Below are positions 41,277-50,914 of a stretch of DNA of 64,000 nucleotides, piece by piece. The position numbers and the translations under genes are program-made. Source of the DNA: a virus (lineage: Duplodnaviria; Caudoviricetes); the IMG/VR virus record IMGVR_UViG_2595698595_000001, positions 64,001 to 128,000 of that record; one strand, 5' to 3'. The notes under the pieces were generated by a model that saw only the letters and a list, made by a program, of their open reading frames with translations, searched no databases and had not been told where the DNA came from. Numbering within the stretch: the stretch's first letter is position 1; each line of letters begins with the position of its first letter.

Positions 41277-41528
41277 ATGAAAGAAACATTCAACACTAAA
41301 GACGCAACAGGTAAAGAAATTGTAATCGGTGAGAAATATGGATATTCTCAATCAACTAACGGTTATTCAGATGTTAGAATCGGTATAGCTAAATCTTTCA
41401 CACCGAAAGGATTACTGACATTAACGGAAGTAAAAGCTACAAGATCTCTGTACAACGATGAAGCTATTGAAACTGGTCATAAAGGTACTTGTTCAGTTAA
41501 ACCTTCTATGTTATTCAAAATCGTTTAA
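41277..41528 (+). CDS. hypothetical protein
   Basis: 83 aa, D..GKEI.IG SH3-like start. Confidence 0.5.
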   Translation: MKETFNTKDATGKEIVIGEKYGYSQSTNGYSDVRIGIAKSFTPKGLLTLTEVKATRSLYNDEAIETGHKGTCSVKPSMLFKIV

Positions 41529-42025
41529 TGCGAAATCTAATCTATACTGGAATCGGGAGTCGAGAAACTCCCGATTTAGTTTTGTCAATTATGTCTAAGA
41601 TAGCAAAATTCTTAGAAACTAAAGGTTATACTGTTAGAAGTGGTGGTGCTCCTGGAGCTGACTTAGCTTTCGATATCGATATAACTAATAAAGAAATCTA
41701 TTTACCTTGGTATCGTTTTAATGATAACAATTCTAAACTATTCAAGCTTACTAATGAAGCTAGAGAAATAGCTGAGAAGTTTCACCCAGCTTGGAATAAA
41801 CTATCAGAAGCTGCTAGAAAACTAATGACTAGAAATGTTTATCAAGTATTGGGTTTCGATCTTAAATCACCTACTAATTTTATTATATGTTGGACGAAGG
41901 ATGGTAAGGCATCACGAGGTACTGGACAAGCGTTAAGAATCGCAAAATATTATAATATACCAGTTTATAATCTGTTTAATCAGAGTGATCGAAATGATCT
42001 TAAAATGAAACTTAGTATGATGTAA
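41528..42025 (+). CDS. SLOG/DprA-like Rossmann-fold protein
   Basis: YTGIGSRETP, SGGAPGAD, RNVYQVLG, GTGQALRIA. Confidence 0.8.
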   Translation: MRNLIYTGIGSRETPDLVLSIMSKIAKFLETKGYTVRSGGAPGADLAFDIDITNKEIYLPWYRFNDNNSKLFKLTNEAREIAEKFHPAWNKLSEAARKLMTRNVYQVLGFDLKSPTNFIICWTKDGKASRGTGQALRIAKYYNIPVYNLFNQSDRNDLKMKLSMM

Positions 42026-42031
42026 TACATA
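42024..42031 (+). promoter_or_regulatory. late promoter variant AATACATA
   Basis: Heads a cluster of five leader-tagged genes. Confidence 0.6.
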
Positions 42032-42050
42032 TTTCTAAATATCTTAAATA

Positions 42051-42512
42051 ATGAAATCACTTACAAACTTATACGAAAATAAGCTTAACGAAGCTTCAGG
42101 AACTTTTAGCTCTTTGGAATCTAATATGAATTCTTCTATAGATTCTGTAAAGAATCATATTGATTCGGAATTAAAGGAGCTTTTAGCTAAACAATCTAAA
42201 ATAAAGGATGCTAAATCTAAGACTGCTAAAGCTATTAAAGTAATTGAAAATGTTCTTCCAGAATTTACAGAATTACATGCAACTTATAAGATCATGACAT
42301 TCAATGACAGTATTTGCATAGAATTTACTATTCCTAGTGAAATAATGAATGACAAAACTTCGAATATAAAGAAAGATGTTGTTTATTTCAATAATTTCAT
42401 TAAAGCTAATAAATCGGAACTGGATAAAACTTTTAGTTTTGCTGGTGTAACTAGATATAATTCAGAATTCTCCGGAAATAGCTATAGTGATTTAATACTA
42501 GTTCTTAAATAA
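42051..42512 (+). CDS. leader-tagged putative internal head protein
   Basis: MKSLTNLYENKLNEA. Confidence 0.65.
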   Translation: MKSLTNLYENKLNEASGTFSSLESNMNSSIDSVKNHIDSELKELLAKQSKIKDAKSKTAKAIKVIENVLPEFTELHATYKIMTFNDSICIEFTIPSEIMNDKTSNIKKDVVYFNNFIKANKSELDKTFSFAGVTRYNSEFSGNSYSDLILVLK

Positions 42513-42520
42513 TTTAAATA

Positions 42521-42796
42521 ATGAAATCACTTACGAAATTATACGAATCTAAACTTAACGAAAGTGAGGAAATCGACAAAGTAAAAATGAAACAGGCTTT
42601 GGTTACTTTTCAGAAGTCTAACGATCTAATAAAACTTGAAAAAGACTTACTAGCACTTAATCCATATAAAAACGGTATACAATACAATGCTTATATTGAC
42701 TGGATTAATGACAATATCAAATGGTATAAGAACGGTGATACTTATGTATTTTCTTTAACAAGCTCCGGATCGGTTCTTAATTCGTTAGACGATTAA
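42521..42796 (+). CDS. leader-tagged putative internal head protein
   Basis: MKSLTKLYESKLNES. Confidence 0.65.
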   Translation: MKSLTKLYESKLNESEEIDKVKMKQALVTFQKSNDLIKLEKDLLALNPYKNGIQYNAYIDWINDNIKWYKNGDTYVFSLTSSGSVLNSLDD

Positions 42797-42799
42797 ATT

Positions 42800-43426
42800 A
42801 TGAAAACTCTTACTTCCCTACTATTCGAATCTTACAATTCTGACATAAGGAAACTTGAGTTAAAGCTTCAGTCTTTTGGTTATACTGTTCGACATGATAC
42901 AAGTAGACCAAAAGGCTTTGCTTTAGAAATTAGATTACCTAAGGATCAGTTATATGTACCTGAGGATTTAGAAATACTTTCTAAGAACTTGGAAGCTTAT
43001 CCTAATCTTTTAATGATCGATGCTAAAGTCGGGGAAGATAAGAATTACGTAGATTTCATCTTTCCAGTAACAGAAAGATTCGTTGATAAAGTTTATCATG
43101 TAACTTCTAAGAAATGGATAGAATCGATAACTGAAAAAGGTTTATTATGTTCTAGACCTACTGATGCTTCTGATAACATTAAGAAACATGAATCAAAAGA
43201 ATCTTTCAGAGATAGAAAATACAAAGCTGTTTTCGTAATATCGAATTTAGAAGACGCTAAGAAAGTTTCTAAGATGTTCGACTTCGAAGAACCTCAACTT
43301 ATCGAATTAGATACAAAGAATCTTAAATTTTTCGAAGATCCAATGATGCCTGAAGAAATGGATTCATTAGTTCATTTCGATGACATAGAACCAAAAAGAA
43401 TAATTAACATAACTGACATTAAATAA
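42800..43426 (+). CDS. leader-tagged protein with ADP-ribosyltransferase/Tpt1-like C-terminal domain
   Basis: MKTLTSLLFES; VYHVT...IESITEKGL...AVFV...DIEPKRI. Confidence 0.6.
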   Translation: MKTLTSLLFESYNSDIRKLELKLQSFGYTVRHDTSRPKGFALEIRLPKDQLYVPEDLEILSKNLEAYPNLLMIDAKVGEDKNYVDFIFPVTERFVDKVYHVTSKKWIESITEKGLLCSRPTDASDNIKKHESKESFRDRKYKAVFVISNLEDAKKVSKMFDFEEPQLIELDTKNLKFFEDPMMPEEMDSLVHFDDIEPKRIINITDIK

Positions 43427-43428
43427 AC

Positions 43429-43806
43429 ATGAAAACAATATCAAAATTATACGAAGCTAGTTCGGATTTCCAAATGATAGAATTCGAATCGATTAAAGCT
43501 ATAGAATTAGCTATAGCTAACTATTCAGCCTCGGTTAAGGGCTTACAACAAGAAGTAACAAGCATTAAGAATCATTTATCAAAAATACTTGGAAACAAAG
43601 TATCAGACATTAAAGATCTGAATGCTTCTTTAACTGCTGAAAAAGGTATTACGTACATAGAGGTACAACTTCAAGCTGATAAAGTTGAAAAATTTGGAAT
43701 GGAGGAAAGTAAAGCCTTTTCAAAAGTTTTACAAGCTAAAGGCATTACTAAACATAAAACCCAATTTGTCGGAACTAGTTCAATGTACATTACATTATAT
43801 TTCTAA
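43429..43806 (+). CDS. leader-tagged putative internal head protein
   Basis: MKTISKLYEA. Confidence 0.65.
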   Translation: MKTISKLYEASSDFQMIEFESIKAIELAIANYSASVKGLQQEVTSIKNHLSKILGNKVSDIKDLNASLTAEKGITYIEVQLQADKVEKFGMEESKAFSKVLQAKGITKHKTQFVGTSSMYITLYF

Positions 43807-43808
43807 AC

Positions 43809-44180
43809 ATGAAAACTCTATCAAAACTATTCGAAGATCAAATCTTTAACGTTTCTTCAGTTTCTCAGTACTATCGAGAAAATATAGATTTACTGTTACC
43901 AGCTAAAGAAGTTCTTGACGAAAAGGATATTCAAATAGCTAAAGATAGAATTCTGAAAGAAAAAGAAGTTTTACCTAAGGGTCATAAGTATCTTATGATT
44001 AATGAAGCTCAGACATTAATGTTTATGGTTCTAGAACTTCAAGGTTCTAGATATCATGCAGTTCTTACAAGTGATACTGAGAGTACTGTATTTCAGACAT
44101 TAATAAACTGGGAACATGTTGAAGAATATGTCAAAGCTTTAGGATTAGATTTCGATTATTTCAAAGAATCGAAACTGTAA
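43809..44180 (+). CDS. leader-tagged putative internal head protein
   Basis: MKTLSKLFED. Confidence 0.65.
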   Translation: MKTLSKLFEDQIFNVSSVSQYYRENIDLLLPAKEVLDEKDIQIAKDRILKEKEVLPKGHKYLMINEAQTLMFMVLELQGSRYHAVLTSDTESTVFQTLINWEHVEEYVKALGLDFDYFKESKL

Positions 44181-44193
44181 CATCAAATACATG

Positions 44194-44231
44194 AACAAAA
44201 ACCCGTTAGATCGATCTAACGGGTTTTTGTT
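44194..44231 (+). terminator. perfect 38-bp palindrome, bidirectional terminator
   Basis: AACAAAAACCCGTTAGATC|GATCTAACGGGTTTTTGTT. Confidence 0.8.
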
Positions 44232-44295
44232 GTTAAATAACTAAAGTTACCAAAAATTGCAATTATACATATTTCATTATCCCAAACTATAAAAT

Positions 44296-46050
44296 ATGTT
44301 AGGTTACAATAGAAACGCAGGTAGACCCAATTCTGGGAATCTATCAAAGAAATTCAGTAAATTAGGACCGATTATCAAATCGATTGGTAACTTCGGTATC
44401 GTCATAAATAAGAAAGTTCTTGACAAAAAGACTGCTATACCTGAAGACCCAAGATTAGAAGGTGACATTTATTCGATTCTTGATACGATTGGAACTCGTT
44501 CAATGAATCAAACTTCATATCCTCAATATAATCAAAACGATCAAGTACAAAGACAAGCTAGACGTTGGCATTTAATTACAATGTCTAAACATCCAGAACT
44601 TGAAGATATTATTGAAACGTTAACTGATGAAGCTATTGTATATGATAAGAATGCTACTTACTGCTGTTCTGCTATTCTAAATACTTTGATGTTAGACGAA
44701 AAGATAATTAGTTCTAAAGATTCTAAAGACCTTGAAGAATTAGTTACAGAAAAGTTCCCAGCTTTATATAGAATGTTAGGTCTTTATAAATCTGGTGCTA
44801 AATCTTTGATGCAAGAATGGTTAGTTGAAGGTAAGAAAGCTTGGGAGATTGTATACGATTCATTAGATAATCCTAAATCGATTATAGGTTTAGTTCCGAT
44901 AGACCCATTATCATTAATTGAACATTGGGATGAAGATGGTAACAGATGGTGGATTCAGGAACCAAATCTTACTCAACAATCTAGTGCTATGGGTGTTACT
45001 AGAGCTATGGGTGGTCAAAGAACATTACATGACTCACAGGTAATATATTGGGATTGGGACCCAACAGGATTTAAGTTTTCTTATCTTGAAAGACTTTTAA
45101 GAACGTTTAATGTTTACCGAGCTATCGAAAGAATGAAAGTTAACTGGTGGGTTATGAACTCTCAGTTTAGAACTATGATCGTTATTCCAACTCATGGTAA
45201 ATCTAGACAACGCGCTGCTGAGGTATTAGCTGCAGCAATGCAAAGATATCGAGATCATGTTGAATTCTCTGATGAAGATGGAACGGTTAAAGTAAATGGT
45301 TCAGCGAACATTCCAGCGAATAAGGAATATTGGTTAGCTGATACTTCGTCTGGAAAACCTGAAGTTTCTACAGTAGGGGGTGACGGATATGACTTGTCAA
45401 GTGCTGATACTTCATGGTCTAAACGAAATCTGTTAGAACTTTCTAAAGTACCTTTGGATAGATTCGACCCTAGTTCTTCAGAATCATGGAATCTTGACCC
45501 AACATCTTCAAGACGTCAAGAATTGAAATTCGCTAAGTTTGTCCAAACGTTAAGAACTTCAATGTCTGAGATAATGCTAAAACCTCTGATTATTCAAATA
45601 TGTTTAGATCGCCCTAATCTGACAAATAATTACGAATTACTTGATGCGATTACTATAGATTTCTTATCTGAAAACATCTTTACTCAAAAGATCGAAATGG
45701 AAATCATGAAAGAACGTACTGAATTCATTGGTGAAATGATGGACAAGCTTAAACGTGTTGACGCTGACGGTAACGAAAAACCTTTCTTCTCTTTGAAATT
45801 CTTGATGGACAAATACATGATGTTAACTCCTGAAGAACTTGAACAAAATGCGAAAGCTCTTAAAGAAGAGGAAAAGGAAATGGAAGAATTCAGTAGAAAA
45901 CAGAATACAATTTCAGCTGAAATGGAAGCTGAGAAAGCTGAATATACAAAAGAATTCGAAGAAGATGATTCTAAATCTTTATACGAATCTATAAAGGCTA
46001 AAAGAATCAAACGGAAAACAACAAAAGACATTACAAAATACAGAATATAA
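44296..46050 (+). CDS. gp20: portal protein
   Basis: MSKHPELEDIIETLTDEAIVYD, WLVEG, SYLERL...N, EYWL, KVPLDRF, ELKFAKFV..LR; late promoter 44264-44271. Confidence 0.9.
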   Translation: MLGYNRNAGRPNSGNLSKKFSKLGPIIKSIGNFGIVINKKVLDKKTAIPEDPRLEGDIYSILDTIGTRSMNQTSYPQYNQNDQVQRQARRWHLITMSKHPELEDIIETLTDEAIVYDKNATYCCSAILNTLMLDEKIISSKDSKDLEELVTEKFPALYRMLGLYKSGAKSLMQEWLVEGKKAWEIVYDSLDNPKSIIGLVPIDPLSLIEHWDEDGNRWWIQEPNLTQQSSAMGVTRAMGGQRTLHDSQVIYWDWDPTGFKFSYLERLLRTFNVYRAIERMKVNWWVMNSQFRTMIVIPTHGKSRQRAAEVLAAAMQRYRDHVEFSDEDGTVKVNGSANIPANKEYWLADTSSGKPEVSTVGGDGYDLSSADTSWSKRNLLELSKVPLDRFDPSSSESWNLDPTSSRRQELKFAKFVQTLRTSMSEIMLKPLIIQICLDRPNLTNNYELLDAITIDFLSENIFTQKIEMEIMKERTEFIGEMMDKLKRVDADGNEKPFFSLKFLMDKYMMLTPEELEQNAKALKEEEKEMEEFSRKQNTISAEMEAEKAEYTKEFEEDDSKSLYESIKAKRIKRKTTKDITKYRI

Positions 46051-46051
46051 T

Positions 46052-46717
46052 ATGCCTCCACATAAAGTAAGATTTTCATTATATCCAGAAAAACGTGATA
46101 TCGCACAAGAATCGTTTAACTGGTTACGAAGACAAAAACATGCAGGATATGATAGAACAGAATTACCACAGATTCCACAAGATAAGGAAGATTTCGTAAT
46201 TGATTTATTAGAACTTAAACCTAGACGTGTATTTGCTAGGGATTTGAAACCTGCACAAACTCAAATCAAGAAACCTAAAGTAATTGATAAGATCGGAACT
46301 AATCAGGATAAACGTAAGTATATAGTTTCTAAAGATGGCTATTTAGTTGATGGACATCATTCATGGGCTTCATTAATTCCAGATAACGATGTAATAACTA
46401 TATATCAAAGTTCTTCGAAAGATATTCACGAAATGGTTCGAATTCTGAAAGATGATTTAGGTTACGGTTCTAAATCGATAAATGAAAACTTTGACGAAAA
46501 TGAAGAACGTTGTGAAGGTGAATACTGTAATGCTACATATCAAAGAATCCTTAAACTGTATCGAAATGTTATGGAAGTTGATAAGAATCGTGCTAAATCG
46601 TTATTTCAGTTCTTAGGAAAGAAATATAACGAATCTATCAAAGATTTCTGTAAACGTTCTTCTGATACAAATTTGGAACGATTAGAAAAAGAACTTAAAA
46701 ACTTATCAAGAAAATAA
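46052..46717 (+). CDS. ParB/Srx-like domain protein
   Basis: LKPAQTQI...IVSKDGYLVDGHHSWA. Confidence 0.65.
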   Translation: MPPHKVRFSLYPEKRDIAQESFNWLRRQKHAGYDRTELPQIPQDKEDFVIDLLELKPRRVFARDLKPAQTQIKKPKVIDKIGTNQDKRKYIVSKDGYLVDGHHSWASLIPDNDVITIYQSSSKDIHEMVRILKDDLGYGSKSINENFDENEERCEGEYCNATYQRILKLYRNVMEVDKNRAKSLFQFLGKKYNESIKDFCKRSSDTNLERLEKELKNLSRK

Positions 46718-46718
46718 A

Positions 46719-46916
46719 ATGAAAACATTAACACAATTATATGAATCTGTAATCGATGATTCGGATAAAGAATTTTTGAAATCGGAATTGAAACATATCG
46801 ATAATCAAATAGATAAGCTTATGAAGTTATCAAAGATATCTGATAAACAACAAGCTTATTGGGATAAGCTAGAGCTTGATAAAAATGAAATTATAGAACT
46901 ATTGAAAACAAAATGA
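46719..46916 (+). CDS. leader-tagged small protein
   Basis: MKTLTQLYES. Confidence 0.65.
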   Translation: MKTLTQLYESVIDDSDKEFLKSELKHIDNQIDKLMKLSKISDKQQAYWDKLELDKNEIIELLKTK

Positions 46917-47383
46917 AAACGTTAGTTCAACTATTCGAAGACTTATCACTCGATGTATCTAAAGCGATACGTCGAGAACTTGATACAAATTTCAAAGGGT
47001 TTCGTAAACATCAGAATCGTCATGATATCGAAGCTTTAATTGGTGATGCTATGAGAAACTCAGCTTTACCTTTTATAAGACATGCAGCTGAATACGTAAC
47101 TCCTGATAAATTCAAATCTGGTAAGCATATTAATTCTGGATATTGTGTTCAATTCGCTGAGTATATTTTAGATCATGTTCATTCTCGTAACGTTAAGATG
47201 ATGGGTGATGTCGATCATCATGTAATGTTGAAAGACAACGTAACAGGTCTTTATTATGACGCTGAGCATCCAGATGGTATAACTTTAGAAGATTTCCGTA
47301 ATACTACATGGATGAAAAATCCTGACAAAGTTGTACAGTTCTTAAGAAACAAAGAAGTTAAGGAAATTGATTACATGCAATAA
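46913..47383 (+). CDS. leader-tagged protein with putative Cys-His-Asp catalytic triad
   Basis: MKTLVQLFED; NSGYCVQFA...HHVML...YYDAEHPDG. Confidence 0.6.
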   Translation: MKTLVQLFEDLSLDVSKAIRRELDTNFKGFRKHQNRHDIEALIGDAMRNSALPFIRHAAEYVTPDKFKSGKHINSGYCVQFAEYILDHVHSRNVKMMGDVDHHVMLKDNVTGLYYDAEHPDGITLEDFRNTTWMKNPDKVVQFLRNKEVKEIDYMQ

Positions 47384-47407
47384 CTTTATACATATAAAAA
47401 CAAATCA

Positions 47408-48148
47408 ATGAAAAATATATCCATAATATCAAGTATTGACAAACGTTCAATGCTTTTCGAAGCTGTAAGTGACGGATTAATACCAGTACCTGATGGTATG
47501 ATGCGTGTTTCTGGAGTAATAGCTAAGATGGACGTTATGAATAATAACGGACGTTTTTATACTAAAGAAAACTATACAAAACATATTGATTCTATTCAGG
47601 ATAAAATCGCTACCGGTCTTTATGGAGAAATGGAACATCCTGATAGCTTTAATATCAATTATAATAACGTTTCTCATAAAGTTGAAAAACTTTGGTATGA
47701 TCATGCTACCGATGAAGTCAAAGGTATATTTCTACTTTTAGATAACGAAAAAGGTAAAACTGCTCAAGCTATTGTTAAATCTGGTGGTACTCTTAGATGT
47801 TCTACTAGATGTGCTGGTGATGTAGCGAAAGGTAATGAAGCTCGTATAAGTAAATTCTATACAGTCGATTTAGTCGGTACTCCTGGATTCGATGAAGCTA
47901 AATTATTCTTGATGGAATCTTTAGATTTTACATCTAAATCAAATAGTTCAGATATTAAACTTTTGAATGAAGATGATAACAGTATTGTATATGTTTCAGA
48001 ACTTAAACAAATGCTTTTAGAATCTAAGAAATATGTAACTAACGATTCAGCTTTATTAGAAGCTTTAAATGAAAGAACTAATCTAGTTTCTTCGAAGGAA
48101 TCTAAGAAGCTTTATGAATCTATTAAATCGAAAATACTTAAACGATAA
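47408..48148 (+). CDS. gp21: prohead core protease
   Basis: NNNGRFY, GEMEHP, VSH, G..A, CSTRCAG, DLVGTPGFDEA; late promoter 47387-47394. Confidence 0.9.
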   Translation: MKNISIISSIDKRSMLFEAVSDGLIPVPDGMMRVSGVIAKMDVMNNNGRFYTKENYTKHIDSIQDKIATGLYGEMEHPDSFNINYNNVSHKVEKLWYDHATDEVKGIFLLLDNEKGKTAQAIVKSGGTLRCSTRCAGDVAKGNEARISKFYTVDLVGTPGFDEAKLFLMESLDFTSKSNSSDIKLLNEDDNSIVYVSELKQMLLESKKYVTNDSALLEALNERTNLVSSKESKKLYESIKSKILKR

Positions 48149-48150
48149 AA

Positions 48151-48984
48151 ATGAAAACATTAACACAATTATATGAAGCTATAGTTATATCTAAAGATTA
48201 TCCTAAATTTGATTCGTCTAATAAAGATATCGAAAAATATCTTCTAAATATTGCAAACGAATTAAAGAAATCTGAAGGTTTTAACAAATATAGAGGGGTT
48301 TACGATTTTAAAAGCAGATATAACTACGGACAAGGAATAATAGATCATACTGTAATACTCGAATGGTCTGCACCATTATCAGAATGTTTTAAATCTTTAG
48401 GTGTATCTAAATCTGAAGCTATATTGATTTCAGATTTAGGTAAGAATGCTGAAAAGCTAACAACTATCAAATTTAAATTACAGGTACATATTCGTGAAAA
48501 AATATCATCTGATCAAACTATCGATAAATTTGAAAACTATTACAGTGGTACTTTAGACGCTACTATTTATAATCATAATTTCAGTAGAATAGTTTCGTAT
48601 ATGTCTGGATATTATTCTGGTGGTTCTGATGATAAGTATACTTACGATAGAACACAAGAAAGCTTTGATAAGTCTGATAGAATTTTCGATTTAATAAATT
48701 TCGTAACTAGTAATATCAACGCTTATAATAAAGAATACAATCCAGTTTTGATATCATCTAACAGTTCTATTCTTAGTAATGAAGCTTCTTCAGTTTATTC
48801 TAGAATATCAAAAAATAAAACTGACAATTTATACGACTTTACGGATTTTATTAAGAAACATGGTGAAGCTAAACTTTTAAATCTATTAAAGAAATCTTCA
48901 ACGTTTAAAGCTTTCTTAGATAAGGATCATTATAAAGATGGTATCTTATCGAAAACTTCTATCTGGTCAGAAACATACGATTAA
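48151..48984 (+). CDS. leader-tagged putative internal head protein
   Basis: MKTLTQLYEA. Confidence 0.65.
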   Translation: MKTLTQLYEAIVISKDYPKFDSSNKDIEKYLLNIANELKKSEGFNKYRGVYDFKSRYNYGQGIIDHTVILEWSAPLSECFKSLGVSKSEAILISDLGKNAEKLTTIKFKLQVHIREKISSDQTIDKFENYYSGTLDATIYNHNFSRIVSYMSGYYSGGSDDKYTYDRTQESFDKSDRIFDLINFVTSNINAYNKEYNPVLISSNSSILSNEASSVYSRISKNKTDNLYDFTDFIKKHGEAKLLNLLKKSSTFKAFLDKDHYKDGILSKTSIWSETYD

Positions 48985-48993
48985 ACTATAAAA

Positions 48994-49305
48994 ATGAAAA
49001 CGATAAATCAATTATACGAAGCTAAGCTTAATGAAGCTTATGGTACAGAACATCTCGAAGATCAAAATGCTGAATTAGGTGCATTAGTTAAAGACTTAAA
49101 GGATGTAAAAGTTGGGAAAACTTACTGCATTGTAGATTTAGGTTTAGAGGAATGGAATTCTGGATATAAACTTAAAGCGATAAAAGGTAATATGTACATC
49201 TTTGACGATTTACTAGGTTCTCCTTTAGATAAAGAAGTTTTCGAATTTACTAGAGGTGACATTTTAGAATTAATATATGACAAAGCTATAGCTTTCGAAA
49301 AATAA
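48994..49305 (+). CDS. leader-tagged putative internal head protein
   Basis: MKTINQLYEAKLNEA. Confidence 0.65.
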   Translation: MKTINQLYEAKLNEAYGTEHLEDQNAELGALVKDLKDVKVGKTYCIVDLGLEEWNSGYKLKAIKGNMYIFDDLLGSPLDKEVFEFTRGDILELIYDKAIAFEK

Positions 49306-49312
49306 AAACAAA

Positions 49313-49735
49313 ATGAAAACAATATCAAAATTATACGAAGCTAAATTAAATGAAGCTTCAAACTATGATCCATACGAATGGGGTGAAACTGTAATGAAGG
49401 CTGTTAAATCGTTAGCTTCATCTTTGAAACTTAAAGATATTAAAATCCATGAAGCTCATTCTGATGATGGCGAAGGTTACGGTCATGGTATAATCGATTT
49501 TAAGAAAGATGGTGTACCATATTATATCGATTATCATATAACTCTTGAATTACATCATGGACTAGAATTAGGTGATTTAGAAATCCAATTAGGTGTTTAT
49601 GAAGATTCTGATGAACCATATGCACCAAATGATGACGTTGATAAAACTTTCAAGAAAGTTTCTGGTCAAGACGAACCAAAGGTTATTTCGAAAATGGTAA
49701 CAGATTTCTTGAAATCTACTAAAGTTTTGAAATAA
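49313..49735 (+). CDS. leader-tagged acidic putative internal head protein
   Basis: MKTISKLYEAKLNEA. Confidence 0.65.
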   Translation: MKTISKLYEAKLNEASNYDPYEWGETVMKAVKSLASSLKLKDIKIHEAHSDDGEGYGHGIIDFKKDGVPYYIDYHITLELHHGLELGDLEIQLGVYEDSDEPYAPNDDVDKTFKKVSGQDEPKVISKMVTDFLKSTKVLK

Positions 49736-49796
49736 ATCAAAAATCAATACTGTTATACATATAAAAACAAATAAATAAATTCAAATTAGAAATATC

Positions 49797-50824
49797 ATGT
49801 CTAAAAATAATCTAACAGTTGCTCAAAAAGTAAATGCGCTTGTTGAGTCACATATCAAAACAAAATTGATTCCAGTTTTACAAGAGAATCAAAAACAAAT
49901 GTTTGCGATGATCGATCAACATCTTATGGAGAACTTCGGTCCTGCTGTAGTTGCTTTCATTAAAGGTAAAGGTCAAGCTCTTAACGAATCTCAAAACGAA
50001 GAGATTACAAATTCTTTCCGTAATTTCCTTTTGGAAAATGCTGAAGAGGATGTAGCTGAAGAAGTTAAAGAACTTGAAGATAAACTTGAAGACAAGAAAG
50101 AAGAACTTGAAGATTTGAAACTTGAAGAATCTAAACTTGTTAAGAAAGCTAAAGCTTTAAACGAAGCTAAGGATGAAGCTCACGAAGATGAGGAATTATC
50201 TGAAGAAGAAGAAGAAGAAATCATTGATGAAATCGAACTTCAAGAATCTTTGAATACTAAATCACTTACTAAAGTTCGTCGTAAAATGAAACTTGTTGAA
50301 AGTGAATTGGAAGAAATCGCTGACGAATTACAAGATTTAGGTGCTATGGCTACTGAAGATACTGGAATTCCAGCTGATGAAGTTGAATTATCTGAAGAAG
50401 AATTGGAAGAGCTTGAAGGTGAGGAACTTTATGAAGCTTTGAAAACTCGTGTTGCTAAGAAAAGTAAACGTAATGGTAGTCTTTTAGAATCTATCAAAAA
50501 CGATATCGCTAAAGCAAAACGTCTTGACGCAAAAAAAAAGTAAACAAGCTTAACGAAAACGTTAACGAAGATACTAACGTTCTAAAAAATATTCCTGATG
50601 AATTTAAAGCTTTATATGAATCTTTAAGTCCTGAAGCGAAAGATGTTTTAAACGAAAATGCTAGAAATGCTAACCTTGATACGTTATCAGGAGTTCGCAA
50701 CTTCTTTCAGAATACAAACTTCAAAAGCTTACAACAACGTAATGCTTTGAATAAGTTAAATGAAAGTCAAGAAACTAAGCAATCTGGATTAGCGTTTGTT
50801 ACTAACTTACTTAAACCATTTTAA
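49797..50824 (+). CDS. gp22: prohead scaffold protein; frame 0 stops at 50543, -1 frame continues to 50824
   Basis: Acidic coiled coil directly upstream of MCP; late promoter 49754; A9G run before TAA then a 94-codon ATG-less open frame. Confidence 0.7.
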
Positions 50825-50865
50825 TTTGTATGCAAGTTTGACATTATTTTTATAAATCAAACTTG

Positions 50866-50873
50866 TATACATA
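50866..50873 (+). promoter_or_regulatory. late promoter TATACATA for the major capsid gene
   Basis: Exact motif, lying in the 3' arm of the 50827-50871 inverted repeat. Confidence 0.75.
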
Positions 50874-50914
50874 TAAAAACAAAAATTAATTACTTACATA
50901 AATCAAAGAAAACA

